A stretch of 63,971 nt of DNA, filler included, from Octopus bimaculoides (lineage: Eukaryota): assembly GCF_001194135.2 (NCBI RefSeq). It is 8 parts of 8 records of this genome, joined end to end, with 100 filler letters (N's around TTAATTAATTAA, not from the genome) between each part and the next. Parts side by side here need not be neighbours in the genome. Positions count along the whole stretch, not along the records: positions 37,447 to 53,244 come from NC_069005.1; 7 more parts are not named here. One strand, written 5' to 3'. The translations under genes and the position numbers were made by a program. The notes below the pieces were generated by a model. The model was not told the origin of the DNA and did not search any database. It saw only the letters and a list, made by a program, of their open reading frames with translations. Of the stretch, positions 39,118-52,295 are shown in pieces (position 1 is the stretch's first letter; every line of letters begins with the position of its first letter).

Positions 39118-41089
39118 AATTATATATATCTAATATAATAAATGCAAAAACTAATTTCTGTGTGTCAGTGTGTAACACTTTGACTCCCCCTCTCACTATT
39201 CAGTGACACTCCTACTATTCCTCATGTTGGGGTGAGAGTAATAGTAGACATAGAGATGGTAGTAGATTGACAATTGTGATGGTAATGGGGTGATAGTATG
39301 AAGAAGTCAGGGACAATGGTGATAGTAAACAATGTGAAAGACAGTGGTGATGGTGGTGAAGAGGAAGCCAGTGAAGTCAAAGGTCTTGATGGTAGTAGCA
39401 TGAGAAGTCTGAATGGTGTGTGTATGCCAGTTGTGGTGGCGATTGTGGGGACAGAAAAAAATTTTACTGACCCCTGAATAGGAAGACAAAAAGAAATGTT
39501 TATCATGCAGGTTTGCAATAAGTTCCAAGTCAACAAATTATATCATTGTTTTGATGAAAATTGTTCATTGCTTGAAAAATATTGTTGAAGTTTAATAAAA
39601 TTTAATATGTACTTAATGCATGAAGTGTCATTTTTGTGCCCAAGGTCCAATGAAAAGCCCCCATGCCCCAGGAGATAGCTTAAAAGCTGCCCGATAGGAT
39701 GGTTTTAAACTAGTACACACACACACATACATGAGTTCCATTTGTGTTTTAACCTTGGAGTTTGATTTATTAAGCCTGTCCATGGATACTGGCCACAGCT
39801 ATAAAATAGAAATGGACTGTTTTACTGCTGATACATCTGGAAATCCATAATGTGTCCTCTGTGTTGTCATGAAAGGTGACTAAAAGAGATTGAGGTTGGA
39901 TTTGCACTCAACCTCATAAAACCTTCACCAGAAAAACTACCCAAACAGACCCAACAAGTTCACTTCTCTGAGGAATTATCTTGAGTGCCTATAAGGCAAG
40001 TTGTATAGGGAAAACCCTGGAGGACAGGATGAGTTGGAGGGTTGTCACCTGAGTGGCACAAAGGTATCATTCACCAAGAGTATGGAATCATCAATAAATG
40101 GTGGTTGGGTTACAGGCTGCTGACAGTGTGTACCCTCCATACCTAACCTGTTCCTTGAAAGAATATAAATTAGAGTTAAACTTTATACTGAATGATATTA
40201 TTTTGTAAATTGTTCATTAGAATGGTAATATTGTTATGTGATGGTTTGAAACATATATCATTTGGTTGTTGTTATGTTCATTTTTCTTTGCTATCAAGGG
40301 TTAGATGAGTATATTATTGTTGCATTGTTTTATAGACAAATACAGGTATATTAAATACCATACAACATAAATTCATGATTTATTAGAATTATCTCTGTCT
40401 CCAGTAGATGTATCATAATTTGAAAATGGCATTTAAGACCAGCTCCATTTGAAAAGGGAGATAATCACAAGAATCAAGGATTCTCCAAAACTGACATGCC
40501 ATTAATGAAGGGGATAGGCTTCTTGTGTGGAGGTATGGGGACAGCCATGGACATGCATTTCTAGCTCAGTAGCTTTTATCAGCACAACAATTGTCCAACT
40601 TTATCTCCTGTGACCAAGAGACATAGATTTATACAAAATGGAGAAGAACACATTTATGGTCTAGCTTATTTGCATAATTTAAATGAAATTGAGCTAAGAG
40701 AAATAACTTTGAGTGGTCAGTGGTATGTATTTGAACAGCAGATAAATACAGGTATATCAAATACCATACAGCATAAATTCCTGGCTTATTAAAATCATCT
40801 CCAACTCTAAAGGATGTTTCGTAATTACTAAATGGTAATTAAAGACCAGCGCCAAATGAGAAAGGGAGATAATCACTAGAATCCAGTAAAATTGTCATTA
40901 AAAAAAGAACAAACTTATTGTTTTATAGCTGGATGCCCTTCTTTTTGCTAACCCTTACCTGCTTTTCAAGTAAGGGATTTCTAATTCCATAATCCATTCA
41001 TAAGACTCTCAGCTTGGGATTATTGTAAATGGCACTTACCCACAACACACACACACACATGCTAATGCCTTTATATCTTATATTTTCAG

Positions 41090-41347
41090 GTGTCAAACCG
41101 TGACAATTCTGTGGCCCAGCAGGTTGCCGGTGGTGACCCAGCATATGCTAGACCACATAAGCTCCGAAATGAGAGTGCAGGGACAACATCTGCAGCCACT
41201 TCCTCAATGAGTGCCACCAGTGTGACTGCAAAAGGTGACCAGCTGGACAGTATGCTGGGCAGTTTGCAGTCCGATATGAACAGACAAGGGGTGAGCACCA
41301 AAACCAAGGGCCTGTGTGCTGCATGTAACAAACCTGTCGTCAGTCAG
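41090..41347 (+). CDS. PXN: Paxillin-family LIM protein, internal exon (LD5 motif and start of LIM1)
   Basis: Acceptor tattttcag|GTG and donor CAG|gtaagg; 258 nt, phase 0/0. Translates VSNRD...KGDQLDSMLGSLQSDMNRQGVSTKTKGLCAACNKPVVSQ, i.e. an LDxMLxxL LD motif followed by KGxCxxCxKP, the paxillin LD5-LIM1 junction. Confidence 0.93.
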
Positions 41348-41654
41348 GTAAGGAGTTGCTGTCTTTTTACTTACTATTTTCAATTGTTGCAGTACATCCA
41401 CATTGGGCAGGGTACATCATTTACCAAGAAGTACTTGATAAATTTTGTTGTCCCTTTCCTCTACTTCCATTCTCCTATCCTATTGCCTTTTAACCCTTTG
41501 TCATAATTTTGCCCTTAACATTCATATTTGTTTTCATACTTTTAGTTATTGGAGGTTAATTTGGTTTTAGCTGGTGGGTACTCTATGATCACAGAATGTA
41601 TTGCACACAATAAAAACATGGGTATCATATGTGATCCACAGAGCACATTCTTTT

Positions 41655-41833
41655 ATTCGTTTTGGTCATTTGACTGTGGCCATGCTGAAGCACTGCCTTT
41701 AGTCAAGCAAATTGACCCCAGGACTTATTCTTTGTAAGCCTAGTACTTATTCTATCGGTTTCTCTTGCCAAACTGCTAAGTGACAGGGATGTAAACACAC
41801 CAGCATCGGTTGTCAACAAAGACACACAAACAT

Positions 41834-41877
<44 letters not shown>

Positions 41878-43097
41878 GCGAGTAAAGATAAATACAAAAA
41901 AGGTGGGGGTTTTTTGTATGATTGTGTATAGAGGAATATATTATTTTGCTTAAAAGAGTTCCAACACTGTCTGTTTTTTATGTTTTATTTATATTCCTGC
42001 AGAACTAATGTGGGGTATAGAATATGGAATATACAATATACAATATAAAATAAAATAAAATAAAAATGGATGGCACCATGAAAGAAAGTATTGAATGTAG
42101 ATGAAATATTGAGTGTTCAATATAAAGGATCAAATATATAAATATATAAATATAAATATATATATATAAAGGCGACTNNNNNNNNNNNNNNNNNNNNNNN
42201 NNNNNNNNNNNNNNNNNNNNNNNNNNNNNNNNNNNNNNNNNNNNNNNNNNNNNNNNNNNNNNNNNNNNNNNNNNNNNNNNNNNNNNNNNNNNNNNNNNNN
42301 NNNNNNNNNNNNNNNNNNNNNNNNNNNNNNNNNNNNNNNNNNNNNNNNNNNNNNNNNNNNNNNNNNNNNNNNNNNNNNNNNNNNNNNNNNNNNNNNNNNN
42401 NNNNNNNNNNNNNNNNNNNNNNNNNNNNNNNNNNNNNNNNNNNNNNNNNNNNNNNNNNNNNNNNNNNNNNNNNNNNNNNNNNNNNNNNNNNNNNNNNNNN
42501 NNNNNNNNNNNNNNNNNNNNNNNNNNNNNNNNNNNNNNNNNNNNNNNNNNNNNNNNNNNNNNNNNNNNNNNNNNNNNNNNNNNNNNNNNNNNNNNNNNNN
42601 NNNNNNNNNNNNNNNNNNNNNNNNNNNNNNNNNNNNNNNNNNNNNNNNNNNNNNNNNNNNNNNNNNNNNNNNNNNNNNNNNNNNNNNNNNNNNNNNNNNN
42701 NNNNNNNNNNNNNNNNNNNNNNNNNNNNNNNNNNNNNNNNNNNNNNNNNNNNNNNNNNNACTCAATATTTCATCTACATTCAATACTTTCTTTCATGGTG
42801 CCATCCATTTTTATTTTATTTTATTTTATATTGTATATTGTATATTCCATATTCTATACCCCACATTAGTTCTGCAGGAATATAAATAAAACATAAAAAA
42901 CAGACAGTGTTGGAACTCTTTTAAGCAAAATAATATATATATATATATATATATATACGATGGGCTTCTTTCAGTTTCCATCTACCAAATCCACTCACAA
43001 GGCTTTGGTCGGCCCAAGGCTATAGTAGAAGACACTTGCCCAAGGTGCCACACAGTGGGACTGAACCCAGAACCATGTGGTTGGTAAGCAAGCTACT
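41655..43097 (-). mobile_element. SINE family B, apparently split at its internal microsatellite
   Basis: 3' half at 41655-41880 and 5' half at 42955-43097; the inverted duplication and gap lie between them. Confidence 0.75.
41936..42938. repeat. 179-bp inverted duplication flanking a gap
   Basis: 41936-42114 reads as the exact reverse complement of 42760-42938. Confidence 0.85.
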
Positions 43098-43443
43098 TAC
43101 CACACAGCCACTCCTGTGCCATCATAAATGATTTTTTATACAACTGATGCTTGTATCTAAGCCAAATTAATTTTCATCCTGTGTGTCATATATGGTGCAC
43201 TATACACACACACACACACGCACACCGAGGGATACACCTAAACTAGTTGTGCAGTATTCCACCCACGAGGAATTAACGCTAGATGGGTCAAAACGATTGT
43301 AGTGATCAATAAAGATTCTCATATCTTCCATCTTCTGTCACTCTCATTAATTACATACTCAACGAACACTGAACCAGTGAACATGCTTTACCTGCAAACT
43401 ACCAGGTGTATACCATACGACCTATTAAATACTAACCATTATT

Positions 43444-43485
<42 letters not shown>

Positions 43486-43851
43486 NNNNNNNNNNNNNNN
43501 NNNNNNNNTATATATAATATAATTCCTTTCCACATATTTCATTACAGGATAGGAGTTAAAAAGTTATACATGTAGAAAAAATATGTATAGAATATTTTGT
43601 CCATAATTCTTCAGATGAGAATTCAAAAATAATAATTATAACAAATTTTTCCAGTCTTCTGTTTTGATGTGTAATTACTCTGCAAATAGAATTCACCAGA
43701 AATTTCAAATATTGTGTATATCTCCATCAAAATAAAACATCTATGTACATACATTGGTTAATATATATATGCATGTGTGTGTGTGTGTGTATAATATTGT
43801 TTTAATTTTGTTTTGTTTGTTTAACATGTTTGTTTTCATTTATTTTTGTAG

Positions 43852-44025
43852 ATGATAACAGCCTTGGGTAAGGTGTGGCATGTGGAGCATTTCACCTGTG
43901 CTCATTGCAATATGACTTTGGGGACTATGAGTTTCTATGAACGTGACAATAAAGCTTACTGTGAGAAGGACTACCACAGCCTGTTTGCCCCTCGTTGTGC
44001 TTACTGCAATGGGCCAATTGTTGAT
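43852..44025 (+). CDS. PXN: Paxillin exon (rest of LIM1, start of LIM2)
   Basis: tttttgtag|ATG ... GAT|gtaaga; 174 nt, phase 0/0. [19 protein letters not shown]...[23 protein letters not shown] continues the previous exon in frame. Confidence 0.95.
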
Positions 44026-44152
44026 GTAAGATCTGCATTTGTTTATCTACTTGTTGCTGTTGTAATTTTTGTTGTTGCTGTTGTTATTATTGAGAAGGGC
44101 TCAGTGGAGGGTTTGGAACACAGCAAAACATCCTTTATGTAAAATTATTATA

Positions 44153-44311
44153 TCATCATCATCATTGTTTAATGTCCACTTTCCATGCTAGCATGGGTTG
44201 GACGATTTGACTGAGGACTGGCAAGCCAGAAGGCTGCACCAGGCTCCAATCTGATTTGGCAGAGTTTCTACAGTTGGATGCCCTTCCTAACGCCAACCAC
44301 TCCGAGAGTGT
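44153..44311 (-). mobile_element. RTE LINE 3' UTR fragment
   Basis: Same tail sequence as 7070 and 8478. Weaker copies at about 7840-8015(+), 28900-29085(-), 47880-48240(+) and 50985-51125(+). Confidence 0.85.
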
Positions 44312-45426
44312 ATTTTATCTAAATATGAACTATGTAACACTTTAGCATTTAAACCACCCATATGTGACCACAATATTCTACATGTTTTATGTTCAAACTG
44401 GCTCGATCTGGTCTCTCACACCTATCCTACAATGGCATTCTAAAAATCACATCATTGAAATCTCAAAGCTACGAGACAATGCATGATTAATTGCAAGCAA
44501 TGTGAATAAATAAGCATTGCATTTGACAGAGTAATCTGAATACTAAATGTTTATCCCTTTTGTTACTATATTTCTTTTGAAATACACTGCCTTTTTTTCA
44601 ATTAATTTTGAAAATAATAAAGTATTAAAGGAATGTTACTAAAGTACTAAGAACATTTCCTAAGTATTAGGTAAAGTTACTAGGTAATGTACTTTGTTAA
44701 GTTACAAGTACTTGGGAAGCTTTCTAAAGTTCTAGGTAGATAAAACAACATGCATTTTATTTACTTAATACACTTGAGCTGATCAAAGCTTTGTGGGTGG
44801 ATTTAGTTGATGGAAACTGAATGAAGCCCATCATATTATCATCATCATCATCATTTAGCAGATGTTTTCCATGCTGGCATGGGTTGAACTTGTTTGACAA
44901 GAGCTGAGAAGTCAGATTATTTCCAAGCTCCAGTGTCTGCTTTAGCATAGATTTTACGCCTCGGTGCACTCTGTGTGTGTGACCTCATAGCATAGTAATA
45001 AACAGCTATCACCTCCTTTTCAATGTTTGATGAAAATATATCTGGTCATGGAATAATATTATCTTGCTTGGAAACAGTTAAGGTTTGGTGACAGAAAGGG
45101 CATCCAGCCGTAGAAGTTCTGTCTAACCCATGCAAGCATGGGTGAACTCACAACTGACCTTCATAGAAGCCTTTAATATCCTATTATTTACACAATCAAG
45201 GTGTAAATAAAAAAAAGCATTTTTTCAATATCATTTAATAGATTCTATTATATATTTTAAAACTTTATAATTTAAATGGAAAAAAAACCCCTTTGTAATA
45301 TCTTCAAACTGTATTACACACTCCCCTACAAATGCTCGTTATCATGTTTGTTAATGTATTTTTGAATTATGTCCCCTCTGTGCTGTATTTAATTAGAAGT
45401 GTTTCCTTTCCCTTTTTCTTTTCTAG

Positions 45427-45542
45427 AAATGTGTCACTGCCTTAGATAAAACATGGCACCCTGAACATTTCTTTTGTGGTCTTTGTGGACGAAACTTTGG
45501 TGATGAAGGATTCCATGAAAGAGACGGCCAGGCATATTGTAG
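45427..45542 (+). CDS. PXN: Paxillin exon (LIM2 body)
   Basis: ctttttctttctag|AAA ... TGT AG|gtcagt; 116 nt, phase 0/2. [38 protein letters not shown]. Confidence 0.95.
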
Positions 45543-45806
45543 GTCAGTAGAACCTTATTTAAATATGTATATAAACACATAAAAACATACATACATACAT
45601 ATAAATAAATAAATACACACACACACACACACACATTTATACATTAAAAAATATATCACGGACTCCCTTTTCTGCCATCAGAAATGATTTGTTTACAGTG
45701 ATTAAAATGTCTGTGTTCACATAAGCCCACTCCCTCCATCAAATTGACATTATCTGTACATGATGTGTCACATGTCAGATGACAATGTTTGCAGAGCAAA
45801 GGTATA

Positions 45807-45963
45807 GGAGTGGCTGTGTGGTAAGTAGCTTACTTACGAACCACATGGTTCCGGGTTCAGTCCCACTGTGTGGCACCTTGGGCAAGTGTCTTCTACTATA
45901 GCCTTGGGTCAACCAAAGCCTTGTGAGTGGATTTGGCAGACGAAAACTGAAAGAAGTCCGTTG

Positions 45964-46000
<37 letters not shown>

Positions 46001-46194
46001 CTATGTTTGTCCCCCCAACATCGCTTGACAACCAATGCTGGTGTGTTTATGTCCCTCTAACTTAGCGGTTTGGCAAAACAGACCGATAGAATAAGTACTA
46101 GGCTTACAAAGAATAAATCCTGGGGTTGGTTTGCTCAACTAAAGGCGGTGCTCCAGCATGGCCACAGTTAAATGACTGAAACAAGTAAAAGAGT
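45807..46194 (+). mobile_element. tRNA-derived composite SINE family B, full length
   Basis: Head GGAGTGGCTGTGTGG..GGTTCAGTCCC, CORE-like ACCTTGGGCAAGT, internal (TA)n(TG)n, tail GGCGGTGCTCCAGCATGGCC..TGACTGAAACAAGTAAAAGAG. Confidence 0.9.
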
Positions 46195-46736
46195 AGCAGA
46201 GAGCAATATAAAATTGTTTTGTTCAAGAACACAATTTAACGCCTGGTCTGGGAATCGAAATCATGATCTTGCAGTTGTGAGTGTGACACCCTAACCACTA
46301 AGCCATGTGCCTTCACCAATATATACATATATACATATATATATATATATACATGTGTGTGTGTGCGTGGCAAGAAATTTGGTTTCATGATCACATGATT
46401 TCAGGTTCAGTCCCAAGTGTCTACTTCTATAGTTTCAGCCCAACCACAACCTGTGAGGGGATTTGGAAAATGGAAATATATACAGCTGTGTGTATATGTG
46501 TTTTTGTGTCTGTGTTTGTCCCCATCACCACTTGACAACCAGTGTTGGTGTGTTGACGTCCCTGTAAGTTAGTGGCTCGGCAAAAGAGACCAATAGAATA
46601 AGCACCAAACTTTAAAAGGAAAAGGTACTGGAGTAAATTTGTTCAACTAAAATCCTTCAAGGCAGTGCCCCAGCATGGCCATAGTCTACTGACTGAAACA
46701 AGTAATACAAAAAATAAAAGATATATCTATGGATAC

Positions 46737-47834
46737 ATCATCATCGTTTAACATCCATTTTCTATGTTGGCATGGGTTGGATGGTTTGACTGAGGACTGG
46801 TGAGCCAGATGGCTGCACCAGGCTCCAATCTGATCTGGCAGTGTTTCTACAGCTGGATGCCCTTCCTAATGCCAACCACTCTGAGAGTGTAGTGGATGCT
46901 TTTTACGTGCCACCAGCACAGGAGCCAGTCAGGTGGGCTTGGCAACAATCACGTTCGGATCGTGCTTTTTACATGCCACCTGCACGGGCCAGTCAGGGGC
47001 TGCTAACATCTGCCACATTCAGATGGTGCTTTTTACGTACCACTGGCATGGGAGCCAGTCGGGGTACTACTTGAACCAACAGGTCTTTTCAAGCATGTCA
47101 TATTGCCTGATGCATCAGGGTTACTCTTAACTGGGCCAGACATGCATGGCTGTGATCTCACTTTAGTTGCCTGGTCTTCTCAATCACAGCATATCTCCAA
47201 AGGTCTCGGTCTTTTGTCATTACCTCTGTGAGGCCCAATGTTCGAAGGTCATGCTTCACCACCTCATCCCATGTCTTCCTCGGTCTACCTCTTCCATAGG
47301 TTCCTTCCACAGTTAGGGAATGGCACTTCCTCACACAGCTGTCCTCATCCATACATAACACATGATCATACCAGTGCAGTCGTCTCTCTTGCACATAAGA
47401 AGCATTTGATGTTTCTTATGCCCAACTTTTCTCTCAGGGCACTTACACTATGTATGCACACTGACATTACACATTCAGTGAAGCATACTAGCTTCATTTC
47501 TTTCAAGCCTATGCATATCCTCAGCAGTCATGGATCATGTTTCATTGCTGTGTAGCATGGCAGTTCGCACACATGCATCATACAGTCTACCTTTCATCTT
47601 GAGTGAGAGGCCCTTAGTTGCCAGCAGAGATAGGAGCTTCCTGAACTTTGTCAAGGCTATTCCTATTCTAGCCGCTACACTCTCAGAGCAACCACCCCCA
47701 CTAGAGACTTGGTCACCAAGGTAGCGGAAGCTATTAACTACTTCTAGTTTCTCCCACTGGCATGTGATGGAATCTGCTTTCTGCCACACACAAAAACTAT
47801 CTTCCCGATTAACCTTCCTTTGATATTGCTGCAC
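46737..47834 (-). mobile_element. RTE-clade LINE, 5'-truncated (ORF C-terminus, 3' UTR, (GAT)n tail)
   Basis: LEVVNSFRYLGDQV, RLYDACVRTAML, QERRLHWYDHVL and GRGRPRKTWDEVV..DL. The UTR has internal subrepeats and ends in catcatcatcg on +. Confidence 0.92.
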
Positions 47835-48462
47835 CTTTTATGTGTCCATAGCGTACACATATTTTAGGGAACACTTTTTGAAGATGTCCATACTGTAAAG
47901 TGGTTGGCATTAGTAAGGGCATCCAGCCATAAAGCCATGCTAAGGCAGACACTGGAGCTTGATGCAATCCTTGGACACTTCAAATCCTGTCAGATGCCCT
48001 TCCTGTCACCAGCCGTCACCTGTTTTCAGTTATCAAAGGCAAATGCATGGATATGAGTGTACTCACATTCCTGCCCAGTAAGGTTTAATGAAATCTGATT
48101 GGGATGCAGTCCTCCAATCCATGTAGGTGCTCAGTAAATCTGAATAAGAAATGTCTTAGACTGTGACAATTCATCCAAGCCAAACCAGCATGAAAAGTTG
48201 ATGTAAAAACGATGACAACTAATGACGATTATAATGATAAAGATGATACATTGAAGAAAATTATTTTGCTAATTGTCTCCTACAAGTGTTGAATAGTGGA
48301 AAAAGACTGAACATGTAACATGGGAACTAAAAAATGTTTGCCCTGAATTGTTAGAAGTAAATGTTAATTAAGAAAATAATTAAATATGTTAATAGTATAT
48401 GGTTAGTTGTTGTTTCTTTATCATTAGGCTGATAGGATACATACACATGCACAAATATTATA

Positions 48463-48517
<55 letters not shown>

Positions 48518-49446
48518 NNNNNNNNNNNNNNNNNNNNNNNNNNNNNNNNNNNNNNNNNNNNNNNNNNNNNNNNNNNNNNNNNNNNNNNNNNNNNNNNNNN
48601 NNNNNNNNNNNNNNNNNNNNNNNNNNNNNNNNNNNNNNNNNNNNNNNNNNNNNNNNNNNNNNNNNNNNNNNNNNNNNNNNNNNNNNNNNNNNNNNNNNNN
48701 NNNNNNNNNNNNNNNNNNNNNNNNNNNNNNNNNNNNNNNNNNNNNNNNNNNNNNNNNNNNNNNNNNNNNNNNNNNNNNNNNNNNNNNNNNNNNNNNNNNN
48801 NNNNNNNNNNNNNNNNNNNNNNNNNNNNNNNNNNNNNNNNNNNNNNNNNNNNNNNNNNNNNNNNNNNNNNNNNNNNNNNNNNNNNNNNNNNNNNNNNNNN
48901 NNNNNNNNNNNNNNNNNNNNNNNNNNNNNNNNNNNNNNNNNNNNNNNNNNNNNNNNNNNNNNNNNNNNNNNNNNNNNNNNNNNNNNNNNNNNNNNNNNNN
49001 NNNNNNNNNNNNNNNNNNNNNNNNNNNNNNNNNNNNNNNNNNNNNNNNNNNNNNNNNNNNNNNNNNNNNNNNNNNNNNNNNNNNNNNNNNNNNNNNNNNN
49101 NNNNNNNNNNNNNNNNNNNNNNNNNNNNNNNNNNNNNNNNNNNNNNNNNNNNNNNNNNNNNNNNNNNNNNNNNNNNNNNNNNNNNNNNNNNNNNNNNNNN
49201 NNNNNNNNNNNNNNNNNNNNNNNNNNNNNNNNNNNNNNNNNNNNNNNNNNNNNNNNNNNNNNNNNNNNNNNNNNNNNNNNNNNNNNNNNNNNNNNNNNNN
49301 NNNNNNNNNNNNNNNNNNNNNNNNNNNNNNNNNNNNNNNNNNNNNNNNNNNNNNNNNNNNNNNNNNNNNNNNNNNNNNNNNNNNNNNNNNNNNNNNNNNN
49401 NNNNNNNNNNNNNNNNNNNNNNNNNNNNNNNNNNNNNNNNNNNNNG

Positions 49447-50460
49447 GCTGGTTTTGTATCTTCAGATTTGAAGTTTTTTCCTTGCAAAAAGTTGTCTAAT
49501 GCCTGGAAAATATGATAGTCAGTTGGTGCAAGGCCTGGTGAATATGGTGGATGACAGAGTACTTCCAAGTTCAGTTCCTGTAACTCGAGTAGCATTCTTT
49601 GTACAACATATGGTCGAACATTGTCTTGCAAGAGAATTGGCCTGTCTTTATTGACCAATCTTGGTTGTTTAATTGCAAGTTCAGTCATCATTTCATCCAC
49701 TTGGTTGATGTATACATCCGCTGTAATTGACTTACCAGGTCTCATGAAGCTGTAGTGGATGACACCAGTGCTGGACCACCAAAGAGACACCATTAGCTTT
49801 TTTTGGTGAATATTTTTTTGTGGGTTGTTTTTGTCTCTTTGTCTCTATCCAACCACCATGCAGAACACTTGCTATTGTTGAAAAGAATGCATTTTTCATC
49901 ACATGTAATAATACGATGCAAAAATGGTTGGCTTTTATGCTGTGACAGCAAAGAACAAGGTTCAAGACGAGGTGTCATTTAATGCTCGTTCAGTTCATGT
50001 GGTACCCACCTGTCCAGTTTCTTTACCTTGCTGATTTGTTTCAGATGGTCCAATACAATTGGAATCGAAACATCAAACCTTGTTGCTAACTCACACATAG
50101 TTTGAGACGTATCCGCTTCCACTACAGTTTCCATCTCATCATTACCCACCTTGGTCTCAGCTCTACCATTGGGCTGATTTTCAAGAGTAAAGTCACCAGA
50201 CCAGAACTTCTCAAACCATTGCCGTACAGTGTGCTCATCCACCACATCTTCACCAAGCACATTGAGGTTTCTAGCTGTCTGGGTTACATTGGTTCCATGA
50301 CAGAACTCATATTCTTAAGCAACATTAATTTTTCATCTATCCATGGGTTCACAAAAATTGATTTACAAGAGAAAACTCACAATATAATCAGACACCATGA
50401 ATTGCATTTTGAAAAGTGATGATGTAACACTTCAGTGTTGTAAAACAAAGAATTATCAGG
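49447..50460 (-). mobile_element. mariner (DD34D) transposase relic in a paxillin intron
   Basis: Degenerate ATG at 50344. TVRQWFEKF, WVPHEL, ITCDEK, LLQDN and HPPYSPGLAPTDYHIF, with 34 residues between the second and third Asp. Stops and frameshifts present; 3' end in a gap. Confidence 0.95.
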
Positions 50461-50608
50461 ATAAAACATTAGAGTTGACGACTGTCAAACTTGATGCATA
50501 AGAAAATTGGACATTTCATTTTTACACACACACACACACACATATATAAATATATAGACACACACATACAAACACATCTGAATATGCCTAAATCCATATA
50601 TGTTTCAG

Positions 50609-50723
50609 GGAAGACTTTTTGAAGATGTTTGCTCCAAAATGTGGAGGATGTGCTCAACCAATCAAAGACAGTTACATCTCTGCTCTTAATAGACACTGGC
50701 ATCCTGATTGTTTTGTTTGTTGG
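50609..50723 (+). CDS. PXN: Paxillin exon (end of LIM2, first half of LIM3)
   Basis: tgtttcag|G GAA ... TGG|gtaaat; 115 nt, phase 2/0, completing the split AG|G Arg codon. [38 protein letters not shown]. Confidence 0.94.
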
Positions 50724-51187
50724 GTAAATATATAGTGTTTATCTTTTTCTTCTCTTTACTTCCCCCTTCTTTGTCTCATCTTCCACTCTCTCTCTCTATC
50801 TCTCTTTCTCTCTCTATCTCTCTTTCTCTCTCTCTCTCTCATCTCACCTGTTTTTATTTTCTTTCTTTTTCTTCCTTTCTTTTATATCAGAAAATGTTTC
50901 TTGTATAGTTTAATTATATAGTTTTATGCAAGTATATATGCTGAGAGACAACTTGACATGCGGTTATAGGCAACAATTGTATACACACTCACACATGCCA
51001 TTAAGAAAGGCATCCAGCCATAGAAACCAAGCCAACTCAAACTGGAACCTGGTGAGCTCTCCAGCATGCCAGCTCTGGTCAAACTATCCAACTCATGCCA
51101 GCATGGAAAGTGGACATTAAAAAATGGAAAGGTAATGGAAATGTATGTATGTATCTTTGTATGAGTGTATAAACGTATGTTTATATT

Positions 51188-51233
<46 letters not shown>

Positions 51234-51739
51234 CATACACACTCACACAAATAACATACACATACATATATGTACATATGCATATCTATGCACAAATACA
51301 TATGTACACGCACATATGAACAAAGGTGGAACAATAAAATGAGTGGCTGTACAAGTAAAGAAAATGTAGGGTTACTCGGTCCCCACCTCATCCTGTCTTA
51401 ACAGGGACTATTCATGCTCTTTCTAGCACTTCAGCCACTAGAAATTTCACTGTTTTAAAGTCTCTGCTATTTATAATTGCCATCAGCTATCACCTTTCTG
51501 TGGTTGCCTAAAATAAAGGACCAGTCAGGTACTGGGATTGATTTAATCGACTTCTTCATCCCCTTCAATTTCAGGCCTTATGCCTCTGCTAGAGACAATT
51601 ATTTACCCATTCACCACAAAATTAAATTCCATGTTTATTCCAGTAATGCTTGTTAAATATCTACCAAAAGAATAGGATTGATATTTTCTGCAAGTCACGT
51701 TGTCTCAATAAACTTAACATATCTCAACAAAAGTTTCAG

Positions 51740-52295
51740 GGTTGATAAATTAAGTACCAGTGAAATACTGGGGTCAATCTAATCAACTGGCCCCCTCCCC
51801 CAAAATTTCAGTCCTTGTACCTATAGTAGAAAGGATTATTATTATTATTGTACTCTTATGGTGATGAGATGGCAGAATTGTTAGCACACCAAGCAAAATG
51901 CTTAGCGGCATTTCATCCGTTGCTACATTCAAGTTTCACTGAAGTCGACTTATTCTTTCATCCTTTTGGGATTGATAAATTAAGTACCAGTGAAACACTG
52001 GGGTTGATATAATTGACTACTTCCCTCCCTGCAAAATTTCAAGCCTTGTATCTTTAGTAGAAAGGGTTATCATTAGTATTAGGGTGGTGAGGTGACAGAA
52101 TTTTTAGCATGCCACACAAAATGCTTATCAGCTTTTCATCTGTCTTTATGTTCTGAGTTCAAATCCCACTGTGGTTAACTTTGAATTTCACATGGTCAGG
52201 ATTAATAAAATAAGTACCAGTTAAGCACTGAGGTCAATGTAACCAACTTTCCTCCTCCGAAGTTGTTGACCTTGTGCTAAAATTTGAAACCATCA
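51740..52295 (+). mobile_element. Tandem SINE family A copies
   Basis: Partial 51740-51835, then about 51858-52066 and 52080-52295, each separated by ATT runs. Confidence 0.82.

Noticed and set aside
40337-40887. Diverged 145-bp direct duplication (40337-40480 and 40741-40887)
   Set aside because: Real but old and non-coding; no ends or function evident.
45807-45875. tRNA gene calls for SINE heads
   Set aside because: A and B boxes are present but I see no full cloverleaf, and each continues into a SINE body.
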